Assembly: GCA_042408215.1 (NCBI GenBank)
Contig: JAYFMW010000029.1
Location: forward strand, 1-64,000
Direction: 5' to 3'
From: Microcoleus sp.
Lineage (GTDB): Bacteria; Cyanobacteriota; Cyanobacteriia; Cyanobacteriales; Microcoleaceae
Length of the DNA: 64,000 nt
Numbering within the stretch: position 1 is the stretch's first letter; every line of letters begins with the position of its first letter. Both the position numbers and the translations under genes were made by a program. Below the pieces are notes generated by a model that worked only from the letters and a program-made list of their open reading frames with translations, ran no database searches and was not told where the DNA came from. This document shows positions 38,841 through 48,000 of the stretch, piece by piece.

Positions 38841-39608
38841 CTACAAAATATCACTTAAATCCAAAACAAAACCGGGTAATACATCTTCACCTGACAAAGT
38901 TGCAGGGGAAGATAAAATTTCCACATCTGAACCTTGACGGGAGATTTCAACTTGTCTATTTTTGCGATCGAGCAACCATCCCAACTTCGCTCCATTTTTG
39001 ATGTACACTTTCATTTTAGCGCGCAATTTTTCTAATGAATCGCTAGCCGATTCCCTACGGGATAGCTTCGCTTCACGCAATTCCACTACAAAATCAGGAC
39101 AAATCGGTGCAAATTTCTCTTTTTGTTCAGGAGTTAAAGCATCCCACCTATCGCGCCGCACCCAAGCAGCATCGGGAGAAATATCTGAACCATCGGGCAG
39201 TTTAAATCCACTAGAAGAGTCGAAAACAACTCCTAAATTGTTTTGACTACTCCAAGCTGTAAGTTGAAAGTTTAGGCCTGAATTGCAATTATACCAATTT
39301 TTTATGAAGCTGCATAGAATTCGATCCCCCCTAACCCCCCTTCTTAAGGGGGGGACAAGAGTCCAATCAAAGTCAACCCCTACTCCCCTTATTAAGGGGG
39401 ATTTAGGGGGATCGGAATATGTGCAACGACCCATTAAATTGGTATTACCCGTTTCGCTACCCGTAGGTGGCATGATAATTAATTCTCCATTAGCAGTACG
39501 TTCAAATTTTAAATCCCGGTTTTCTTGACACAACTGAAAAAACTGCTCGTCAGTTAATTCGAGCGTTAATTCTAGTGGAGAATTCAGGGGGATAGTTGAT
39601 GATTCCAT
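38841..39608 (-). CDS. Uma2 (DUF820) family endonuclease-like protein with two in-frame element insertions
   Basis: FERTANGELIIMPP, FDSSSGFKLP, SPDAAWV, CPDFVVEL, LSGEDVLPGF. Confidence 0.85.
   Translation of the reverse strand: MESSTIPLNSPLELTLELTDEQFFQLCQENRDLKFERTANGELIIMPPTGSETGNTNLMGRCTYSDPPKSPLIRGVGVDFDWTLVPPLRRGVRGDRILCSFIKNWYNCNSGLNFQLTAWSSQNNLGVVFDSSSGFKLPDGSDISPDAAWVRRDRWDALTPEQKEKFAPICPDFVVELREAKLSRRESASDSLEKLRAKMKVYIKNGAKLGWLLDRKNRQVEISRQGSDVEILSSPATLSGEDVLPGFVLDLSDIL
39292..39444. mobile_element. 153-bp MITE with TTA target duplication, in frame in the Uma2 gene
   Basis: TIR TACCAATTT...AAATTGGTA; TTA at 39289-39291 and 39445-39447. Confidence 0.85.
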
Positions 39609-39801
39609 AACTCTCTCCAAAGATTACACGATTCGGGCAAAATATCCTGGGGATGGTGAAGTAAGTCTGTCTAAAATTAAAGGCTTTTAACATTAATTGT
39701 CGCCGACTTGCTTCACCCCTACATTTCTGAAAAAGCTTGAGATCCTTTGTTAGAGATGTCTAATGACTGCTGACTAATGACTGCTGACTAATGACTAATA
39801 A

Positions 39802-40308
39802 CTAAGTCTCTGTATAACCTTGCATATTTTCCGGTTCAAACTGCCGCAAAATATTAGCAGCCTTTCCAGTCAAATCATCAGTACCCTTCACCGCAATCAA
39901 AAACTTACCTGCATTCAAACGGTTGCGGTAGGGTAAAGCGTCGCCACTACCAAAAGCCATGCCGCCGGCTCCTCCAACAAAAACACTGCCCATCGCACCG
40001 GCGATCGCACCTAGTACGCCACCGATCGCGTGATCGCCAATTTCTCCCGCCCAAGCAAAAGTCTTCAACTCAGTAATCAGACTGAAAGTACAACCAGCAA
40101 TAAACCCAAAGGGCACGAGCCAAATAGCCATGAGTTTAGCTTGTTTCTTCGCTTGCTGGTTGGGGTCGATTAAGCCAAATTCATCAGCAGTTTTGTAGCC
40201 GCGGCCCAAAATGCTGACTTGTTTCATCGGTAAGCCTTCTTTTTCTAGAGCACAGTAAGCTGCTTCGGCTTGCATTCGATCGGGCAGTACGGCAATAAGA
40301 TAATTCAT
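39802..40308 (-). CDS. Conserved cyanobacterial membrane protein (general-stress-protein-like)
   Basis: MNYLIAVLPDR..AEAAY..LE, LPYRNRLNAGK; glycine-rich TM pair. Confidence 0.75.
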   Translation of the reverse strand: MNYLIAVLPDRMQAEAAYCALEKEGLPMKQVSILGRGYKTADEFGLIDPNQQAKKQAKLMAIWLVPFGFIAGCTFSLITELKTFAWAGEIGDHAIGGVLGAIAGAMGSVFVGGAGGMAFGSGDALPYRNRLNAGKFLIAVKGTDDLTGKAANILRQFEPENMQGYTET

Positions 40309-40591
40309 TAAACACAATTCCTGATAGTTCAGCTAAGATAGCTAAAATGTATTATAACCCGAAAAGACTTACTAGCTAAGCAGTTCGGGGATTTGAAGGC
40401 GGTTTGAGAGTGAGATCGACCCGAAACCTAAAATCTTTCCAGCAAAAAACTGCCGATCAAGACAGAATGCAGATACAATTCAAACTGCACAAAGGCAAGC
40501 TTAAGCTGAGCTGTAATATCCGGCTCCAAGTCTAAGCCTCAACTTTGATCGCGCTCAGCCTATTGTTACTGATTCCACTCAATTGCTTGCT

Positions 40592-42175
40592 ATGCCTAAA
40601 GTTCTAGTATCCGATCCGATCGACCAAGCCGGAATTGACATCCTCTCCCAAGTCGCCCAAGTTGATGTCAACACAGGACTGTCAGCAGCAGAACTGGTAC
40701 GAATTATTCCAGATTACGACGCTTTAATGATCCGTTCTGGCACCCAAGTTACCAAAGAAATCATTGAAGCCGGGAATTCACTCAAAATCATCGGCCGCGC
40801 CGGCGTCGGCGTAGACAATGTAGATGTACCCGCCGCCACTCGTAAAGGAATTGTAGTCGTCAATTCCCCCGAAGGTAACACGATCGCCGCCGCCGAACAC
40901 GCGATCGCCATGATGCTCTCGATGTCCCGCCACATTCCAGAAGCCAACGCATCTGTCAAAAGTGGTAAATGGGAACGCAATCGCTTCCTCGGCGTAGAAG
41001 TTTACAAAAAAACCCTCGGCATCGTCGGTTTGGGCAAAATCGGCTCCCACTTCGCCACCGCAGCCAAAGCAATGGGCATGAAGCTGCTGGCCTACGATCC
41101 ATTCATTTCCGCCGAAAGAGCCGAACAGTTGGGCTGTCGCTTAGTAGAACTCGAATTGCTGATGCGCGAATCCGACTACATCACCCTGCACATTCCCAAA
41201 ACCCCGGAAACCCTGCACCTAATTAACGCTGAGGTGCTGTCGAAGATGAAGCCTACGGCCCGCATCATTAACTGTGCCAGAGGTGGCATCATCGACGAAG
41301 CAGCCCTGGCAGATGCGATAAAATCAGGCAAGATCGCCGGCGCAGCTTTGGACGTTTACGAACACGAGCCGCTCGAAGCCGATTCCCCCCTGCGGACTGT
41401 TGGCCAAAACATCGTGCTGACACCACACTTGGGAGCATCGACAGCCGAAGCTCAGGTGAATGTGGCGATCGACGTTGCTGAACAAATTCGCGATGTACTG
41501 TTGGGATTGCCGGCGCGATCGGCTGTCAACATACCAGGAATTTTCCCAGACTCGATCGAAAAACTCAAACCCTACCTGCAACTCGCCGAAACCCTCGGCA
41601 ACCTCGTCAGCCAGCTAGCCGGCGGCCGAGTCGATTACCTCAACGTCCAACTCCAAGGTGAATTAGCAAATAATCAAAGCCAGCCCGTAGTCGTCGCCGC
41701 CCTCAAAGGCTTGCTCTTCCAAGCCCTGCGAGAGCGCGTTAACTACGTCAACGCCAGCATCGAAGCCAAAGAACGCGGAATTCGCGTCGTCGAAACCAGA
41801 GACGCCTCTATTCGCGACTACACCGGCTCTCTGCACCTGATGGCCAAGGGAACCCTCGGCGAACACACCGTCACCGGTGCTGTACTCGGCGAAAACGAAA
41901 TTCGGATTACCAGCGTTGACGAATTCCCAGTCAACGTTTCCCCCACTCACCATATGTTATTTACCTTGCACCGCGATATGCCGGGAATAATTGGCAAAAT
42001 TGGTTCCCAGTTGGGCAGTTTTAATGTCAATATTGCCAGTATGCAGGTGGGCCGTAAAATCGTGCGTGGTGATGCGGTGATGGTTCTGAGTCTCGACGAC
42101 CCTCTACCAGAGGGGATTTTGGCTGAAATCATCAAAGTTCCGGGGATTCGGGATGCTTACACGGTAAATCTTTGA
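40592..42175 (+). CDS. serA: D-3-phosphoglycerate dehydrogenase
   Basis: GRAGVGVDNVD, GLGKIG, INCARGG, TPHLGASTAEAQ, C-terminal ACT domain. Confidence 0.97.
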   Translation: MPKVLVSDPIDQAGIDILSQVAQVDVNTGLSAAELVRIIPDYDALMIRSGTQVTKEIIEAGNSLKIIGRAGVGVDNVDVPAATRKGIVVVNSPEGNTIAAAEHAIAMMLSMSRHIPEANASVKSGKWERNRFLGVEVYKKTLGIVGLGKIGSHFATAAKAMGMKLLAYDPFISAERAEQLGCRLVELELLMRESDYITLHIPKTPETLHLINAEVLSKMKPTARIINCARGGIIDEAALADAIKSGKIAGAALDVYEHEPLEADSPLRTVGQNIVLTPHLGASTAEAQVNVAIDVAEQIRDVLLGLPARSAVNIPGIFPDSIEKLKPYLQLAETLGNLVSQLAGGRVDYLNVQLQGELANNQSQPVVVAALKGLLFQALRERVNYVNASIEAKERGIRVVETRDASIRDYTGSLHLMAKGTLGEHTVTGAVLGENEIRITSVDEFPVNVSPTHHMLFTLHRDMPGIIGKIGSQLGSFNVNIASMQVGRKIVRGDAVMVLSLDDPLPEGILAEIIKVPGIRDAYTVNL

Positions 42176-42345
42176 AGTATTTTGGATTTGAGATCTTAAA
42201 TGCCAGGACTGATAATTGGTAATGGGCAATTGTTAATGGGTAATTAGCAAGACAACTGGGAATTTTTCCATGAGTCAATCCTCATTGCCAAGTCCCAGTC
42301 TCTCTCCCCCAATCTACACTCTAAAATCTCAAATCTAAAATCGTT

Positions 42346-43236
42346 ATGGCACATAGCTGGTGGGAAATTCGAGTTCTTTGCGATCCGGCGTTGGAAGATA
42401 TCATCTTCTGGCGTCTGGAAATGTTCGGCTGTCAGGGAAGTGTCAGTCAGATGAAAAGCAATTCTTGTTTGATGTCGGCTTACCTCCCGGAAGAAAAAGC
42501 CCAATTGTTGGATTTGGCCGCCCTGTCGCTGTGGCTGCGCCAAGATGCCCTGTGCGCGGGTTTACCTTTACCAGCTATGCAGTGGGATTTGATTGAGGAA
42601 GAGGATTGGGGCAGCACTTGGAAGCAGCATTGGCAGCCTCAAGAAATTGGCGATCGCTTTTTAGTTTATCCGGCTTGGCTACCAGTACCAAGTAATTCCG
42701 ATCGCCTCATTTTGCGTTTAGATCCCGGTATAGCTTTCGGTACCGGTGCTCACGCTACTACTCAACTTTGTCTGGAGTCGCTGGAAATGCGGATCGGTTT
42801 TGATGACAAAGAGTGTGTAGTTGCCGATATTGGCTGCGGATCGGGTATTTTGTCGATCGGCGCTGTGTTATTGGGCGCCACAAAAGTTTATGCTCTGGAT
42901 ACAGACCCTTTGGCAGTGCGATCGACCATTAGCAACAGACAACTCAACCGCGTTAACCCGCAGCAGTTGGTTACAGAACTCGGCAGTGTCGATCGGCTGA
43001 AAGAAATGGTAGACGAGCCTTTAGACGGTTTCATCTGCAACATTTTAGCAGAAGTAATCATTGATTTAATCCCGCAGTTCACTTCAATTAGCAAACCCAC
43101 GACTTGGGCCGTGCTCAGCGGCATTTTGCTCGAACAAGCCAAGCCAATTGCTGATACTCTCGAACAGCACGGTTGGATTGTGGCTACTCTGTGGAAGCGC
43201 CAAGATTGGTGTTGTTTTAATATTCGGCGAAGTTAA
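42346..43236 (+). CDS. prmA: Ribosomal protein L11 methyltransferase
   Basis: [32 protein letters not shown]. Confidence 0.95.
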   Translation: MAHSWWEIRVLCDPALEDIIFWRLEMFGCQGSVSQMKSNSCLMSAYLPEEKAQLLDLAALSLWLRQDALCAGLPLPAMQWDLIEEEDWGSTWKQHWQPQEIGDRFLVYPAWLPVPSNSDRLILRLDPGIAFGTGAHATTQLCLESLEMRIGFDDKECVVADIGCGSGILSIGAVLLGATKVYALDTDPLAVRSTISNRQLNRVNPQQLVTELGSVDRLKEMVDEPLDGFICNILAEVIIDLIPQFTSISKPTTWAVLSGILLEQAKPIADTLEQHGWIVATLWKRQDWCCFNIRRS

Positions 43237-43574
43237 CAATCCGAGATTTTCGATACATATATTAGTAATAGAGTTCGTCAGTTGCGATGATTTTCGATGC
43301 GTATCGAATCGCCACAAACTGACGCACCTTACAAGTTAGTAGGGTGAGTCAGTTGCGATAATTTTTAATGCGTATCGAATTGCTACAAACTGACGCACCT
43401 TACAAGGAAAAATATAAACAACTAATAATAAAGATGAAAATTATGATTAGCCTAAATCATTGGTGTAATAGTAATGCTTGCTAGATCGGCTTTTGAGATA
43501 TTTTTGCCTTGCACAACTCATTGTAAAAGTGACAGTGCTAATATGAAAGCATAAACAGCTTGCATAAGAAAGCT

Positions 43575-44063
43575 ATGGACGTTGAAGAACTATATAGACG
43601 TTACGCGACGGGAGAGAGAGATTTCCCTGGAGTTGATTTAAGTCATGCTAACTTAAACGTTGCTGACGTAGGTGATATCAGAGACCTTCCACCTGGTCAA
43701 AATGAGTTGAGTGGTATCAATCTCAGCGGTGCGAACTTGACTAGAGCCGAGTTGAGTTTTGTTAATCTCAGCGGTGCTAACTTGAGTAGTGCTAACCTAG
43801 AGTTTGCCATCCTATTGGGTACTATATTGACTGGTGCTAATTTGAGGGATGCTATCCTAGATTATGCCGAACTGGGAGGAAAACTGATTGATGCAGACTT
43901 GAGAGAAGCCAGCCTGTTTTGTACGATATTGAATTGTACTAACCTAACCAGAGCCAACTTGATGGGGGCAACATTTCAAGTCAGTGCAAAGGGTCGTTTG
44001 ATTTTTAGTGATACCATCATGCCAGATGGGACTATTAATAATGAAGATGAAAATTATGAGTAG
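43575..44063 (+). CDS. Pentapeptide-repeat protein (copy 1)
   Basis: EELYRRYA.GERDF N-cap, A(N/D)LXX repeats, TIMPDGTI C-cap. Confidence 0.92.
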   Translation: MDVEELYRRYATGERDFPGVDLSHANLNVADVGDIRDLPPGQNELSGINLSGANLTRAELSFVNLSGANLSSANLEFAILLGTILTGANLRDAILDYAELGGKLIDADLREASLFCTILNCTNLTRANLMGATFQVSAKGRLIFSDTIMPDGTINNEDENYE

Positions 44064-44177
44064 CCTAAATTATTTGTGTAATAACGTGTAATAGTAATGG
44101 TTGCTGAATCAGCTTTTTAGATATTTTTTCATTGCACAACTCATTTAGGTTTACCAGAGTTCAATTTTATTAAAAAT

Positions 44178-44216
44178 TAATAGCGTGGAAAGCTGACTTG
44201 GCTTTCCACGCTATTT
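44178..44216. terminator. Bidirectional intrinsic terminator-like hairpin
   Basis: AATAGCGTGGAAAGC...GCTTTCCACGCTATT; paralogous hairpin at 45029-45066. Confidence 0.7.
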
Positions 44217-44426
44217 TGTTTAAATTCTAGACCATCAACCTTCTGATTCGATTATTTCCTCTATCTCGTCGGGAATATTTGAAAAAAAAGTCAAGCTCAG
44301 TCAATTCCTCAACTTGGTTAACAGTCAGCTTCCATGTTTGCCAATTTCTCCAAGCAGCTTTGTATTGATAAAAAGTAAAAGTGACAGTGCTATTATGAAA
44401 TTATAAACAGCTTGAACAAGAAAGCT

Positions 44427-44915
44427 ATGGACGTTGAAGAACTATATAGACGTTACGCGGCGGGAGAGAGGGATTTCTCTGGAGTTGATTTAAGAGGAGC
44501 TGACTTAAACGTTGCTAACGTGACATACATCGAAGACCTCCAACCAGGTCAGAATGAGTTGAGTGGTATCAATCTCAGCGGTGCTAACTTGACTAGAGCC
44601 GATTTGAGTTATGTTAATCTCAGCGGTGCTAACTTGAGCAGTGCTAACCTAGAGTTTGCTACCCTATCGCTGACTATATTGACTGGTGCCAATTTGAGGG
44701 ATGCTATCCTAGATTACGCTCAACTCTTAGGCGACCTAATTGATGTTGACTTGAGAGAAGCCAGCCTGTTTTGTACGCTATTGAATTGTACCAACCTGAC
44801 CAGAGCCAACTTGATGGGGGCAACATTTCAAGTCAGTCCAAAGGGGCGTTTGATTTTTAGTGATACCATCATGCCAGATGGTACTATTAATAATGAAGAT
44901 GAAGTTTATGAATAG
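44427..44915 (+). CDS. Pentapeptide-repeat protein (copy 2)
   Basis: 22 aa differences from copy 1 over 162 aa. Confidence 0.92.
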   Translation: MDVEELYRRYAAGERDFSGVDLRGADLNVANVTYIEDLQPGQNELSGINLSGANLTRADLSYVNLSGANLSSANLEFATLSLTILTGANLRDAILDYAQLLGDLIDVDLREASLFCTLLNCTNLTRANLMGATFQVSPKGRLIFSDTIMPDGTINNEDEVYE

Positions 44916-45090
44916 CCTAAATTATTTTTATAAGTGTGTAATAGTAATGCTGGCTGGCTCGGCTTTTCAGATATTTTGCTATGACAAAACTCCTTTATGT
45001 TCGCTATAGTTCAATTTCATTAAAAGTCAATAGCCTGGTAAGCCAAGCAAGCTTTCCAGGCTAATTTCTTTGCTGTCTAGACCATGAGCC

Positions 45091-48000
45091 TTATGATTCG
45101 ATTATTTCCTCAATCTCGTCGGGAATATTTGAGAAAAAGTCAAGCTCAGTCAACTCCTCGATTTGGTTAACAGTCAGCTTCCATGTTTGCCAATTTCTCC
45201 AAGCAGCTTTGTTTGGTATTTCTGGAAGATTTAACCCCAACAAAGCATTGAATGGGTGAGGAACTGGTAGCGCAAAATCTCCATTATTACCTACCGATCC
45301 ATTTGGATTAGTTGGTACGTGAGCGGGTTCAACCTCGTTAGGTGTCAAAATGCCGTAAGTTGCAGCGTTAGCAATTGTGACATTAGCAGGATTTAGTCCT
45401 GGCTGCTCTAAGTCCAGCACAACCTTCCAACTCCAACCAGGAATATTGATTCCTTTGTTAGTAAGAATTTGGGGGTTTGTTAATGTGCTAGGCTTCGAGT
45501 TATGACTGAAACGCTGCGGATTAGGATTGGTGCCATAACCCCCAGCAACAACATAAAGCTCTTTTGGGGTCTCAGTAATTGGATCTGTCTCAGTAATCTG
45601 TTTAAGAAAACCGTCGAAACTTGTCCATGCTGGACTATCAGGGATTTCTCCTCGGAAATCATTGTTATTATCAAAATGCTGTGGAACTACATTTGTCAAC
45701 AGAAAAGTAGCTATGTTGTCTTTTTCGCTATTGGTTCGGTGAGACGAAGGTAGCAGATGCCCCTTTGAGTAATCACTGCCACGGTAGTCTTTATCTACGA
45801 TACGACCCCAGCTTTCAGGAATGCTTTTATCTTCAATAAAGTCGATTTTTGAGCGAGGAGTGTTACCCAACCACTTTTGATTCATTTGCCAACTTACCCA
45901 TTTAGGAGTTTTACTGCTGTCATCATAAGCAGTGGCAAACTGTGCTTTCTCTAGCAAATAGTTATTGCTATCTGCAACGTCAAGGTCAGTTGTGTTCCTG
46001 GCATCTGAGGGATTTCCAAACAGTAGATGTTGACTTTTGAAGAATACATTATCTAAGTAAACTGTACCGCCACCAACAACTTCAAACTTGAGAGTTGCTA
46101 CTTTACCGCGCAAATTGTCAGGCACCTCAACTTGGAAAGTCTCAAACCCTTTAATTCCATAATCAATCTTTTGGGTGTCTGCTAAATAAGCACCTGGTGT
46201 ACGATTTGCGCGCGTCAAATTGATGGATGATGAAACGCCTAAAGGACTTCCATCTGCTGCTGACAAAGTGACCAAAACACTTCTGCCTCGTTTCAGTTCT
46301 GCTTCGGGAACATGGAGGTCAAAGCGTAAATTTCCCCACTCAGGCACAACAAAACGGTTGTGGGTAATACTTTTCCCTGATTCTAGCTTCAGAGCATAAT
46401 TTGGTTGAGTTCGATCGACCCCAATCCTATCCAGTTCCGCGCGCCAAGCCGGAGCCTGTGTTGCAGATAGCTGATTCACATCAACGAGATTGCTTGTAGA
46501 CACGCTCGGTGACGTTTCGCCATTATGAAAAGACCAACCAGGAATCGCATTAGAAAAAAGAGTCCGATTACCACCCTGCGGATTAAAAACAGCATCAAAA
46601 TTGCCGTTAAACAGAGTAGGAACCGCAGCATCTCCCCGCATCCTGGCATCATAAGTATTGTCAAAATCAACCGGGATACGCTCTACATTCGTTTGGGGAC
46701 GCAACTCCGAACCGCCACCTAAAACCGAATAAAACCACCCCGTACCAATTCCCTCCCAAGGAGCAGCATCAACACCATGCTCAAAACGCTCTTCCGGCGT
46801 ATACCAAGGTGTAACCCGAGCAGAATTGTTCGCAATATTGCTAAATGAAAAGTCCTTATCGAACAAAGGTTCGCGATACCCATCGCCGCGTCGGCGGAAA
46901 ATAGGATTAGCATCTAAGTTTTCATCGAACGGGAAGTTAGTTGGAAACAAATCTGATGTCCCCCCATACCAGCTCAAAACACGTCCGTGTACAGCTCCCC
47001 TTCCAGCAATACCAACAGTAGGATCGGTTTCTTTTGTAAACCCAGTACGACTGTTGTCATAATCTGGGTTATTTTTATTAGTTCCCAGAAAAACCGACAA
47101 ATCCGGTTCTCCTAACAGCGGAGCATTAGAATCGGGATTTTCTGACCTCCAACCTTCTCGCGGAAATTTAAGTCCGGGGGCTGTTTTCCCATTTTCTGTA
47201 GACGGAAGATTGGGAATATCCCGACCCGCCGGCGAAACCGTACCGCTTAATAAATTCGGTACTGTCTGATAGTAATTATCCGCAAAAGTGACATTTTTCC
47301 AAACCTGAACCTTCGGTTCGCGGAAATCCCCGAAATTATTTGTCACCACATTTAGCCCCGGTTGATCGAAATCGTGGGGGTCTAAAGTTGTCATCTGAAG
47401 GTCGCGAATATCAGAGTTTTCTTTTCCACCAGCTTCAGGAAAATAAGTCCCCAAACGCTGAATAATTTCGCTGTTAACAACTGTTCCCCGACTGAAGCCA
47501 ATAAAATGCAGCGGTGAATTGAAAATTGCTCCTTGTTTTGCCGTGTTATTTTCATCAATGAACAGTTGGTCTAATTGCACGAGAGAAGTAAAAAAAGCAT
47601 CGGCAACTGCTTCGCTAAAACCTGAATCAGGAGCTGATGATTCATTATTGTTAGACCAATCATTTAGCAACACTAACGGTTGATTTTTGTCAAGGTATGG
47701 AGCTATATAACTCTTCAACTTGGTGAGATAGCTAGGGTCGTCTTTTGGACTCAAACCTGCTGGGAAATCTCCGGCAACCACTCCATATTTGTTGACAGGA
47801 ACCCAATAACCAGTAGCGAGGTCGTACCTCATCATCAAACCGTTGTCCTCAGCACCTGCATTGGCAATACTATTGCCCAGTTGGTAAAACTCTGAAGGAA
47901 TCCCAGGGTTATTAAAAAATGGAGGACTAAAGGGAGGTTTGAAGCCATGAGTCAGCACAGTTACGCTGGGGAAGGTATCTCCACCGTTGAGAGCTGGCTG

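Larger units (their letters stand above)
43420..45212. repeat. Tandem duplication (period about 852 bp) of pentapeptide gene + terminator + 3' end of the nuclease gene, plus a third 3'-remnant
   Basis: Unit starts GTAAAAGTGACAGTGCTA at 43523 and 44375; 44227-44363 matches 45077-45212; 43420-43522 matches the PRP gene 3' end and downstream sequence. Confidence 0.9.

Noticed and set aside
27751..44915. Diversity-generating retroelement (Avd-like gene plus near-identical PRP pair as TR/VR)
   Set aside because: No reverse transcriptase in the window, the Avd-like gene is 15 kb away, and the PRP differences are not adenine-specific.
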